Source of the DNA: Batkoa obscura
Lineage: Eukaryota
Direction: 5' to 3'
Assembly: GCA_030770535.1 (NCBI GenBank)
Contig: JASVEC010000002.1
Location: 1,674,001 to 1,738,000 of the forward strand
DNA length: 64,000 nt
The notes under the pieces are model-generated. The model was not told the origin of the DNA. It saw only the letters and a list, made by a program, of their open reading frames with translations, and ran no database searches. Each line of letters begins with the position of its first letter. Position 1 is the first letter of the stretch. The translations under genes and the position numbers were made by a program. Below are positions 27,229-38,833 of this stretch, piece after piece.

Positions 27229-28694
27229 TCGATTCGTTTCTAATAAAAAATTTATAGGAGAAGAAAAGGAAAAGACTGATGGCGTATTCTCTCATTTTTT
27301 TAATATTTTATACCAAATGGTTATGCAATGTTTTAATCAATAATTTAATTCTTACAATATAATATTGAAATATCATCTTTATAAAGTTATAACATTACAT
27401 TTAGATGAATATCATTTGTTTTAAATTTTTAATGAATTAAAAAGCTTAATTCATCTTTTATCCAAATAAAAAGTTAATCCTTTTTATGAAAAGTAAATTA
27501 TATATGGTTTATAGCAATTAAAGTATTTTAATTTTAATTTCTTTTATTTCTTTTTAATTTCCCTAATTTTTAATCTCAAGGAATTGATCAGCTTATTCAA
27601 AAAAAACAGCCTTTATTTTCTCGATATTTTGCTTAAAATTTACCTTTTTCAAAAAAAAATTAAAAGCGTTAATGGGCACTCTAGTGCTTTATTGTTGTTA
27701 GTAAATTGAAAGTACAAGAAACTGAACAGCGGAAGCTACAATTTGTTTTTTTAATAGAAATTCGGAAAAAAGTTAAGCCTTGGGTTTAAACTTATCCTTA
27801 TTAATATTTCAAATATTAATAAAAGTTCATAAAAACCTAAATCTCTAAAAATAAGAAATATTTGTATCCATTCAATCATCTTTTAATAAGCTTCCACTAC
27901 TTACTAATATTTTCTATACTCAGCTCATGTACTGATATCCTAAATAGTCTAATATGATTATTATATAAAATCTATTTAATAATATCATGTTTAATTAAAT
28001 GATTATAAGATCCCCAATTTTACTTCATGTTTTTAAAAGTTTCTTGTTTCAAATATGGAAGTTCTATTTTTATCTTAAGGCAATATATATGGTATATAGG
28101 ATTTCTAACTATGTATAAATTAGCTTTATAGCGTAACTATTGACTAAACTTATAATATTAAAGCTTTAAAACTAGTATGTCAGGTAGAGTGCTCGCTTTT
28201 GAAACAGGAACTCGAATTTTAATCAAGGACAGTTTAATATTATTTAGTGGTTCAATTACTGTGAATTAATATTTGATAAATCGAAAGACTGGTATTTTTA
28301 TAACTATAAGAAAAGTTAGCGGGTTTGAATTAATTTAAATATATTAGATTAATTATAGAGATGTTAAAAAATGTAGAAAGAAAATAATAAGTAAGGTACA
28401 AAAAGGGTGTTAAATAAACAACAAAGAATAAAGTAATATATTTACCTCCAAACATAATGAATGTTAATAAACTATTTTTAGTTTGCAATAGTAAATGAAA
28501 ATAGTTAGTAAGGTGCATCACGTTACCTAAAAAATATATAAACAATCGAACAGGAAAGCTTTGATATATCAAATTCAAATAGTTATAGATTTATCTCCGG
28601 GCGAGTTAAATTAAAACATACATTTTAATATAAGAGGCATCAGCGATACTTTTAATTAGATTAATTACAAACATAAACTCCATCTTAACTCAAT

Positions 28695-29810
28695 ATGAAA
28701 TTAGCCAACATTTTAACCACCTTTATTGTCACTATGGCCGCCATTGAAGCTATGCCAGTAGAACGTCGTACTTTTGGTTTACTTAATGAGTTTAATGTTT
28801 TGAAGAATGTCCTTGGTGGTTATAAGAAACCAACTGGAACTCCTAAAAACGACTCTCATAATGATAGTCACAATAACAGCAATACTAATAATAGTAATAA
28901 TACCACTAATAATAACAATAAAACTACTAATAATAGTAACAATACCACTAATAACAATAAGAACACTACTAATAACAATAACAACACTACTAACAACAAT
29001 AGTAACACTACTAATAATAATAACAATGTTACTAATAACAATAACAATGTTGTCAATAACCGTAATGATGTTGTAAACAACAATACTAATGTTGTTAATA
29101 ATCGTAACAGTGTCACTAACAACAATAGCAATACTATTAATAATAGTAACTCTGTAACTAACAACAATAGCAATACCATCAACAATAACAATAGTGTAAA
29201 TAATAACAACGTTAATAACGTAAACACCTCAAACACCTCGAACAATACTAACACTAACAATATTACCAACAACTCTTCTAACAACAACACTAACAACTCC
29301 TCTAACAACAACACTAACAACTCCTCTAACAATAACACTAACAACTCCTCTAACAACAGCACTAACAACTCCTCTAACAATAGCACTAACAACTCCTCTA
29401 ACAATAACACTAACAACTCCTCTAACAACTCCTCGAATAATAACTCTTCTAACAACTCTTCTAACAACTCTTCTAACAACTCTTCTAACAACTCTTCTAA
29501 CAACTCTTCTAACAACTCTTCTAATAGTACCTCTAAAGACTCATCCTCTAACAACTCTTCTAACAATACCTCGAACAGCTCTTCTAACGACTCTTCTACC
29601 AAGAACTCTAATGACAGCTCTTCTAGTAATAACTCCTCCAACTCCTCCAATAGCTCCTCTAGCTCAAGCGAGTCTTCTAACAGCTCTTCTAAGAACTCCT
29701 CTAGCTCTTCTAAGAACTCCTCTAGTTCAAGCGAAACTAGCAGCACTTCAATGGATGGAGATGCAGTTAAAAATGGGCGTAAGGTTTATTCATTTGACGA
29801 CATGAATTAG
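28695..29810 (+). CDS. Secreted VERR-family Asn/Ser-rich protein, paralogue 1
   Basis: Signal peptide MKLANILTTFIVTMAAIEA, MPVERR, head TFGLLNEFNVLKNVLGG, 7-, 8- and 4-residue N/S/T repeats; five paralogues in the window. Confidence 0.9.
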   Translation: MKLANILTTFIVTMAAIEAMPVERRTFGLLNEFNVLKNVLGGYKKPTGTPKNDSHNDSHNNSNTNNSNNTTNNNNKTTNNSNNTTNNNKNTTNNNNNTTNNNSNTTNNNNNVTNNNNNVVNNRNDVVNNNTNVVNNRNSVTNNNSNTINNSNSVTNNNSNTINNNNSVNNNNVNNVNTSNTSNNTNTNNITNNSSNNNTNNSSNNNTNNSSNNNTNNSSNNSTNNSSNNSTNNSSNNNTNNSSNNSSNNNSSNNSSNNSSNNSSNNSSNNSSNNSSNSTSKDSSSNNSSNNTSNSSSNDSSTKNSNDSSSSNNSSNSSNSSSSSSESSNSSSKNSSSSSKNSSSSSETSSTSMDGDAVKNGRKVYSFDDMN

Positions 29811-31059
29811 TCAAAGTTGAAAGAAAGATTAGCTTCATAAAACGAATTTATAATATTTCGAAATAAATATAGTATTAAGAACATTTTTATACTTTTTATA
29901 TTTAGCTATATTTTTACTTTTTTAATATATTTTTAAAAGGTAATGCTACTTTATTAGCTAAAATTAATAGCATCAAAAAACATAAATACTTGGTAAACCG
30001 TAAAAGGTTAATGGCATCGAGTTTTGTTTGTGGTAAAATAAGGTAAATCCATTAAAGCTTTTATGGCGAATGGAAATGGATGAGAGTCGCCTCATAAATA
30101 AGATCTAAAGTAACAAGTCTAAACCCACTTTTGTCGATTTAGTAATAACTTTAAGCTGGGGTACTTACAGATTTATATTTGCTTAGATTTATAGGATGTT
30201 TTTTGGACTAAAGCATATTTTTAAAAAAGCAGCTTGTTGCTTGTTATAAACTCAATAGGAGTTTCTTTAGATAAATTTATAGCTTTTTAATAGGTCCATG
30301 ATGATAGTAATAGCTCTTTCTAGTTTTTTTCAACGGCTAAAGCTATTTTGGCACTACATCATCTTTATTTTTTAAGCTAAAGCAATCTTATAAAAATATT
30401 GTAAAACTTATACTAATGCTAATATAATTGAAACTATTAGTCTCAAAGCGGACTCTTTAATTTGATAGTGTTATTTATAGGAGATAACTATCCAAATGAA
30501 CTAATATTTACATAGACTGTATTGAAGTTCAAATTCTTGTTCCAGGGATTCACAATTGGATAATTGAATGGGAATCTTTATTGGCAGTGATCAAACTATA
30601 AAATCGAAGTTGCTTATAAATATTACAAATAATATAGTTAACGTGATAATTCGTTTAATTTATTCTTTAAACTACCAAATGAGGCAAAAATTATAGAAAA
30701 TAATATAATGTGAGATCAACTATTTAACCACATAAAAATTTAAAAACTAAATTAAAATAAAACAGAGCTATTATTCAAAACTATCTTTTAAACATAATAA
30801 ATATTTAAAAATAGAATGATAAGGTTAAAAATAACAAATAAAAGGAACTGTTACCACAAAAAACGAATTGACACATGCTACTTATCAATTAATTATAAAA
30901 GCAATGGGTTTATAATGCTATGATTGCTATATCCAATATACATAGGAAGATATAAATACCCAAAGTTAGTAAGAAAGACCAAAAACATAATCATCTTATT
31001 TCCTCCAGGTGAGAAAGTAATAAACTCGTGAATAATAGTAAATCAATTTAAAGGTCAAA

Positions 31060-32175
31060 ATGAAAACAGTCCAAACTATCACTTCCTTAGTTTTGTTAAG
31101 TATAATATCCGGCGCTTCAGTGGAGCGTCGTAATTTTGGAATTTTCAATGAATTTGATGTTTTTAAAAATATTTTTGGTGGACATAAAGAAGCACCTAAA
31201 TATAATGATAACAAAGGAAAGTATGGAAAAAACAGCTACAACCGTAGTACTAAAAACTATAACTATAGTACTATCGATAATAATCATAGTACTACCGTAA
31301 AATCTAGTACCCTAGTAATTTCTCCAAGTTCTACTCCAAGTCCTGTAACTACTCCAGCTCATACTGGTCCTGCTTCTTCTTCAGTCGCATCTACTAAGCC
31401 AGGTACCCCAACTACCAGTGTCGATTCCCCTGGTAAATCTAGTACTTCAATTATTCCATCAAGTTCTACTCTCATTCCTGGAACTACTCCTACTACATCT
31501 AGTAATCCGACCACTAGTGTTGATTCGCCTGGAAAAAGCAGTACTCCAGTAACTTCATCAAGTTCCACTCCAAGTTCTGTAACTACTCCAGTCCAGACTG
31601 GCCCTGCTTCTTCTTCAGTCCCATCTACTAAGCCAGGTACCCCAACTACTAGTGTTGATTCGCCTAGTAAGTCTAGTACTCCAATTGTTCCATCAAGCTC
31701 TGCTCCAGTTTATGGAACTACTCCAGCTCATACTGGTCCTGCTTCTTCTTCAGTCGCATCTACTAAGCCAGGTACCCCAACTACCAGTGTCGATTCCCCT
31801 GGTAAATCTAGTACTTCAATTATTCCATCAAGTTCTACTCTCATTCCTGGAACTACTCCTACTACATCTAGTAATCCGACCACTAGTGTTGATTCGCCTG
31901 GAAAAAGCAGTACTCCAGTAACTTCATCAAGTTCCACTCCAAGTTCTGTAACTACTCCAGTCCAGACTGGCCCTGCTTCTTCTTCAGTCCCATCTACTAA
32001 GCCAGGTACCCCAACTACTAGTGTTGATTCACCTGGAAAAAGTAGTACTCCAGTAATTCCACCAAGTTCTACTCCAACTTCTGGAACTATACCTACTCAT
32101 ACCACTTCTATTTCTTCTTCAGTTCCATACACTAAGCCAAGTGGTCGCCCATATCATTACGGAAGATATTATTAA
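31060..32175 (+). CDS. Secreted VERR-family Pro/Ser/Thr-rich (mucin-like) protein, paralogue 2
   Basis: Signal peptide, SVERR, head NFGIFNEFDVFKNIFGG, 41-aa PST repeats, Tyr-rich end PYHYGRYY. Confidence 0.9.
   Translation: MKTVQTITSLVLLSIISGASVERRNFGIFNEFDVFKNIFGGHKEAPKYNDNKGKYGKNSYNRSTKNYNYSTIDNNHSTTVKSSTLVISPSSTPSPVTTPAHTGPASSSVASTKPGTPTTSVDSPGKSSTSIIPSSSTLIPGTTPTTSSNPTTSVDSPGKSSTPVTSSSSTPSSVTTPVQTGPASSSVPSTKPGTPTTSVDSPSKSSTPIVPSSSAPVYGTTPAHTGPASSSVASTKPGTPTTSVDSPGKSSTSIIPSSSTLIPGTTPTTSSNPTTSVDSPGKSSTPVTSSSSTPSSVTTPVQTGPASSSVPSTKPGTPTTSVDSPGKSSTPVIPPSSTPTSGTIPTHTTSISSSVPYTKPSGRPYHYGRYY
31347..32029 (+). repeat. Internal tandem duplication, period 369 bp (3 x 123 bp)
   Basis: About 31347-31660 matches 31716-32029; the identical antisense ORFs at 31359 and 31728 are offset by 369. 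Confidence 0.9.
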
Positions 32176-32664
32176 ATAAATTTGTAACTATTATATTCTA
32201 TTAATTATAGATGATCCATGTTTTAAAAACTTTATTTGTTTTTTAAATTAAATTTAAAAATAAACAAACAAATATAGTCCTAACAAGGTTTAAAAAGACT
32301 TCAGTGCTTTTTAATACCTATTTACTTGCTCCCAGCTAACTTTTGTATTTAATAGTTAACAGAACACTTCGATGTGTTGCATTTTTAATATTTTTTAAAA
32401 AGAATAGCAATAATACTGATAATATAAGTTTAAAAATAGCTATATCATTTTTGACAGTACTAATATATCTGGGAGTGAGTTTCTGATATGTTGTTTCAAT
32501 TTTTTAAGATAACAAGTAAGCCCAAAATATTGTTTAAGCAAGGTAAATAATAGCATTTGTAGTCTTTCACTTTAAGCTAGTAAGTTCAAGTTTAACTAAA
32601 GCAGTTATAGTTTTGTATACTCGAATGTTAGTATCTCTGAAAAGTGTGGTTATAATGTACTAAA

Positions 32665-32763
32665 GGGGATGTTTTTTTTGATTTCATCACTTTTTGTATT
32701 TTTTAAGCGCTATCTGAGCAGAAAGGTTGTTAGTAAAATTCTTAAATAAAAAAATACATGCCC
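32665..32763 (-). mobile_element. MITE family A copy
   Basis: GGGGATGTTTTTTTTG...AAAAATACATGCCC; 4-bp flanks do not match. Confidence 0.8.
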
Positions 32764-33560
32764 AAGTGCTAAACATGACAGAATATAACAGCTCATTATG
32801 ATAAAAGTTAAAAAAATCTAATTAGACATTTTATTTTAAAAAGGGTGTTATTGTACATATAGTGGAAGGAGAGCATATAACTAGACAGTGCTAGTTTTTC
32901 TCTTTTTTTGCCATCATTTGATGATTCAAAAAATGGAATACATTTATACTTTTTTGATCATCAAAACTTTACCTAGTTTAGGGTCAATAGTTTATATTTT
33001 CGATAACAATTAGTTATTTTTGCTAATTAAAACAATATTTACCACTTCTGAGAGTTTAGAAAAGTTTGAAGGGCTGTTTAGAGAGACACTAATTGAACTA
33101 AACAAACCCTTATTAATGCCAACCTAATTATAGAATGAAGTTGTTTACAGTATTATAAATAGTACGTAGATTTGTTAAATTCTTTTCTTGACAAAAATCG
33201 CTATATGAGGTAAAAATTAATAAAAAAAGTAATACCATGTAAGGTAAATTATTTAGCTAACCACAAAAATTAAAAATATATAGCTAAAAATAAAACTTTA
33301 TAAAAAAATATATTATAAAGTTAAAAATAAAAAAGAAGGGGAACTGTTACCACAGAAAACGAATTGATACGTGCTACTTATCGATTAAATTAGAAAAGTA
33401 ATGGAGTAATAGTATTACACCTACTATACTCATATCCATAAGAAGGTATAAAACAACTGAATGGAAGAAAAAAACCCAACAAACAATAATAATTTTATTT
33501 CCTCCTGGAGAGAAAATAATAAACTCATAAACAATATTGAATCAATTTGAAAATCAAAAA

Positions 33561-34412
33561 ATGAAAACAGTTCAAGTCATTCTCTCCTTAGTTTTGTTAA
33601 GTGTTGTAACCGGTGCTTCAGTGGAGCGTCGTACTTTTGGACTTTTCAATGAATTTAACATTCTAAAGAATATTTTAGGTGGCCATAAAGAAACACCTAA
33701 ATATAATGATCGAAAAGGGAAATATGGAAAAGACGATTACAATCGTAATGCTAAAAACAATAGCCATAACACTGTAAATAACAATAACAATATTACTAAT
33801 AACAATAACAATATTACTAATAACAATAATCACGTTATAAACAACAATAATAATACTATAAATAATAATAATAGCATTATTAATAACAATAATAACACTG
33901 TAAATAATAATAATAGTGTTGCTAACAATAACTATAATACCATAAATGGTAATCATAGTACAAATTTTCAATCAACATCTCACATAGTTACGTCTGAACC
34001 TAAAGCTACAACCACGCAAAACAACACTTCTAGTACGACAAATACCTCAGTTCAGTCTACTTCCGATCCAAAAGTATCTTCCTCATCTAAACCAAGTACC
34101 TTAACTACCAGCGTTGACCCACCTGGTAAAACTAGCACTTCAATTGTTCCATCAAGCCCTACGTCTATTCCTGGGACCACTCCAGCTCAAACTGATTCCA
34201 TCTCTTCTTCAGTTCCACCCAGTACCTCAACTACCAGTGTAGATTCGCCTTCAAAAACTAGTACTCAAATGGTTTCATCAAGTTCTACCCCAATTTCTGG
34301 GACCACTCCTACTCAAACTTCTTCTGTCTCCTCTTCAGTTATATACACTAAGCCAAATAGCTCAAGCATTCCACGCGGTTATTCTTATGATAGATATGGA
34401 AGATATTACTAA
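33561..34412 (+). CDS. Secreted VERR-family hybrid (Asn heptads plus PST repeats) protein, paralogue 3
   Basis: Likely ATG at 33561 (MKTVQVILSL); SVERR-TFGLFNEFNILKNILGG; ITNNNNN heptads; TTSVDxP repeats; ends RYGRYY. Confidence 0.9.
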   Translation: MKTVQVILSLVLLSVVTGASVERRTFGLFNEFNILKNILGGHKETPKYNDRKGKYGKDDYNRNAKNNSHNTVNNNNNITNNNNNITNNNNHVINNNNNTINNNNSIINNNNNTVNNNNSVANNNYNTINGNHSTNFQSTSHIVTSEPKATTTQNNTSSTTNTSVQSTSDPKVSSSSKPSTLTTSVDPPGKTSTSIVPSSPTSIPGTTPAQTDSISSSVPPSTSTTSVDSPSKTSTQMVSSSSTPISGTTPTQTSSVSSSVIYTKPNSSSIPRGYSYDRYGRYY

Positions 34413-35104
34413 ATAAACTTATAAATGCTATATCCTGTTTGTTATCAATGACTTAGCTTTAAAAATATTTTAGGTTTTTTGCTTTTTAAATTAGATTTAC
34501 CAAACAGTGTGAGTAATTATAGCCTTGTTGAGGTTTGATGAATCTTCCAATGTTTTCAATGCCTTCTTTATTATTATTTTTGACTAATTTTGATTTTGTG
34601 ATTAACAAAACAAATGGATGGTGTGACTTATGTTTTTTAAAACCAAATATAAGAATGATAATAATATAAATAAAGGTTCAAAACCAGTTATGCTATTTTC
34701 GATGATACTATTATAAGTGTATTAAAATATGATTTTAATATATCGTTTTAATTTTAAAGGGTTACAGATGAGCCAAAAGTATTGTTTAAGAAAAATAAAT
34801 AATAGCATTTATTAGTCTTCTACTTTATCATAATAAGTTTAGCCTTATTAATATAGTAATAGCTTCATCTACTCCAGTATTGACATTGCTGACTAATAAG
34901 CTTACAATTTATTGTTTAAAAACGCTAAGCCTACAACCAATATAATTCAGTGTAGTAAAAATCAAAAAGTTTATTTTATATAAGGTTTAAGAATTTTTCT
35001 GAAATAAAATGTTTATTTAAAGGAGAGCCTTATAGTTAAATGGTACTAGTTTTTTCCCTTACTGTCATCTAATAGTTTAAAATGTAAAATATATTTCCAT
35101 ATAT

Positions 35105-35374
35105 GGGGGGGGGTGTTTTTTTAATAATGGGGATGTATTTTTGTATTTAGGAATTTTACTAACAATTTTTCCATGTAAACAGCGCTTAAAAGATGGAAAA
35201 AGTAATGAAGCAAAAAAAGACATCCCCAATTTTACTAATAATCTTCTCTCCCAAATTACACTTAAAAAACATCACCATATGAGAATGTATTTTTTTATAA
35301 GAATTTTACTAGCAATCTTTCCACTCAAATAGCGCTTAAAAAATGGAAGTAATGAAATCAAAAAAAACATCCCC
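35105..35374 (+). mobile_element. Nest of three MITE family A copies (outer 35105-35276, inner 35129-35227, abutting 35281-35374)
   Basis: Three pairs of termini; the outer and abutting copies share the ATAT at 35277-35280. Confidence 0.75.
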
Positions 35375-35582
35375 ATATAATAGTCAAAAGTTATTTATTT
35401 TTACTAATAGACCTACAAAAATAGAATGTTTTGAATTAAAAAACAATTTGATAAATTTATCTATAATTTGGTGCTAATAAATAAATATTTGGTACAAAGG
35501 GATATTTACATTGGATTGATAAATAAAAAATAGTTTAAATTTAAAAAGAATTTTTTTTGCGAAAGTTTAATGGTTTACCAGA

Positions 35583-35654
35583 TCTCGGGTAGTATAGTGG
35601 TGAGTATCCCCGCCTGTCACGCGGGAGACCGGGGTTCAATTCCCCGCTCGAGAG
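35583..35654 (+). tRNA. tRNA-Asp(GTC)
   Basis: TCTCGGGTAGTATAGTGGTGAGTATCCCCGCCT-GTC-ACGCGGGAGACCGGGGTTCAATTCCCCGCTCGAGAG, canonical cloverleaf. Confidence 0.97.
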
Positions 35655-35862
35655 TCAGACAAGCTTATTTTTATATGTTGATAGTTTTTCAACAATATAT
35701 TTTAGTATTGATGTTACTATTGGAAACATAATCAAAAAATACATCTATAACAATTATCAAGTCAAAATACTTATTTTTAAAACTATCTTTTTATTCTATT
35801 TTATGTATATTGTTTATAAAAAGTTAGTTATTTATCGCAATAATATCGTTTATTCTTTATAT

Positions 35863-37618
35863 TTAATTTATTAAAATCATAGCATCTCTGCTTGGTCCGA
35901 CACCAATCCACTTGACTAAAAATTAAGTTTAGCATTTTGATATAAAACATAAGTAAGTTATTACCTTTAACGTTTAAAAAGTTTTCAATGAAAAGAACGT
36001 ATTTCTTGCAGTTTTCTGGTAAAGCATCAAAAGATCTGATATTAGAAATATCTTCTGACCATCCAGGAAGGGTGACATATTCTACTTGTACTTCAGAAAG
36101 AATACTGAGATCGGCTAAATTAAAGTTAGTATTTCATATACATCCACTATAAGCCAATTACCTGGGAATGATTTCAATTCTTCTCCTTTATAAATATATT
36201 TAACTCCTACTTGTATACTTTCAAATGTATCTAAGCAATCTAATTTAGTTAAGTTAAGGCTATTAAAAGGTTAAATTATATACTATAGTGATTAAATTGT
36301 TATTACCTGGTATAACCGTTGATCATATTAGAGTATTTTAGAACAACTAAATCTAACCAACCACATCTTCTCTTTCTTCCAGTAGTAACACCATACTCAT
36401 GACCAATATCTTGTAATTTTTCACCGATTTCATTTAATTGTTCAGTTGGGAATGGGCCTCCGCCAACCCTTGTAGTATAGGCTTTAACTACTCCAATTAC
36501 CTCTCCAATTTTGTTAGGAGCGATGCCAAGTCCAGTACAAACACCTCCAATACCAGTTGAACTAGAAGTAACATAAGGGAAGGTACCTAGAGATTATGAA
36601 ATAAGCATTACACATAAATACACGTTAATCAAATTACCAAAATCCAAGTCTAACATAAGAGCATTGGCTCCTTCTACTAAGACTTTCTTCTTATCGGCAA
36701 TAGCTTCATTGACAACCAAAACGGTATCCTTTACTTTGCCACGAATTAATTCAGCAAATTCCTTATATCTTTGAATTTCTAAATCAACATCATAATCGAA
36801 TTCACCATAACGAAGTTTACGAGTAGCAACTGCTTTACGGAACCTTTGTTCAAATTCTTCAAAGTTATTCAATAGATGATGAACGCGGACACCACTTCTA
36901 CTGGATTTGCTGCTATAAGCTGGTCCAATACCTTTACGAGTTGTTCCAATACTATTTGGATTTATAAATGTCTATTCTCGAATTTTTAACGAAGTTTTCT
37001 ATTACCTTCCTCTACCTAATTCTACTTCTTTAAGACCATCAACAATTTGATGTAAATCGAAAACCAAATGGGCTCTATCGGAGATAATTAATCTATCTTC
37101 ACAATCCAATCCTAACAACTATTATTATATGTATGTGAATATCTTTTTATGAAATACCATTATCCTTTAAAGCTTTTAACTCATCGAATAAACTTGGTAA
37201 ATGAGCTACTACACCATTTCCAATGATTGACAAACAATCTGGATTAATTAATCCTATTTTAATGTTTTGTTAATTTATTATTCTACATTATTATTTTTAC
37301 ATATTATGTTGCTGAGTATATCATATTATTATATTAAAATACCTGAAGGTAATAGATGGAAGGCATATTTTTTGTCACCAACAATAATGGTGTGTCCGGC
37401 GTTGTTTCCTCCCTAGTAAAATAAAATGAATATCCCACCTATTTCCTTTGTCATTTGATGTATCAACATGACAGAAATAAAATCCTTACCTGACACCTAG
37501 CGCAAACATCTGCCATCTGGGCTAAGATATCAACTAATTTGCCTTTACCCTCATCACCCCATTGAGAGCCCAATACAACAGTGACTTTGTCATTACTTAA
37601 ATGATATTGATCACTCAT
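35863..37618 (-). CDS. ADE12: Adenylosuccinate synthetase, multi-exon
   Basis: [98 protein letters not shown]. Confidence 0.97.
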
Positions 37619-38224
37619 TTTCGTTATCTAAATTAACAAAATGAGTCATTTTATAAATTCAATTCAATTACCCACCTTTTATTCTATTTTTTCGATCCTT
37701 AAAATTCAATTGGTTATTCTATCAAAAACTAACAATTACCTCCCATTGGTTTTTAAATTCGACTAAAGTATTTTATTAGCCATTATGCCTTTTTTAGAAT
37801 TTTTATTTTACCTATCTGTTTGTAATATTTTACATATTAATTATAAAGCAATCTTGAAATTTATTTATTTCTTTAGTTTACAATTTCGTAAAAAAATAGT
37901 TTTTGTATAAGTGCTATAATGAACTAATTTTTTTAATAATAATAGCAGATTTAAGTTTTCTTATTAACTATGTAGAAATAATATATCCTTTTGGAAATTG
38001 AGCAATCGTTTTAAATTATTCTTTATTTCTGACTATCAAATTTCCACTTTTATGAAGAATATTTTTATGCAGTAAGTTTTGTTGACCTAAAATATTGGGT
38101 GTTGAAAAATCTAGCTATAGTCTAAAGAGTAACTCTTATTATCTCTTTGACTAGTACCCCGGGGCTATTATCAGTTTAAGTTTCAAGTTGATTTTTATAA
38201 AATAGAGTTTGATAGACAAATAAT

Positions 38225-38322
38225 GGGGATGTTTTTTTTAGCTTCATCACTTTTTCCATCTCTTAAGCACTTTTGAGTGAAGAAATTGTTGGGAAAATTC
38301 TTGGACATAAAAATACATCCCC
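38225..38322 (-). mobile_element. MITE family A copy
   Basis: GGGGATGTTTTTTT...AAAAATACATCCCC, flanked TAAT/TAAT. Confidence 0.82.
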
Positions 38323-38833
38323 TAATGTTGATTACTTTAACATTGTATTATCAACTTTAAAAAGGCATGGTCCTATATTAACTTTAAAAACTTGAACCCA
38401 CAAAATAGATAGCTGCTTCTAAATATCAAAATATTAAAAATGATATGAATTGCTAATAGAAGATATTCAAATAACATCTAGATATACGATATCTACAGTG
38501 TGAGTTCATAAAGGCTAATAGTGTCAATAAAGTGTTGATTATTTTTACTCTTCAAGCTTCAAAATTCAAACGCATTAAACGTCGAACGACTTTTAAATAT
38601 AGCTACTATAGAATAATTTTATACATAAAGTATCATGAATGTTGTAACATATAATTGCAACAATCGTATTGATCTTAGCTTGAATTATTTTAAATATACA
38701 GGAAGCTAAAAGGATTATATAATATTCTATTAAATATTATTAATATCAAATTTAAACACTTATAAAAGGATGAAAGCATAATAAAAGTTTGGAAAGTATT
38801 AAAAAAAACTACAGGCATACTTTATTTAATGAA

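Noticed and set aside
28860..29230. Ice-nucleation or antifreeze protein interpretation of the Thr/Asn repeats
   Set aside because: No InaZ-type AGYGST 8/16/48 repeats and no regular TxT arrays; cannot be supported from sequence
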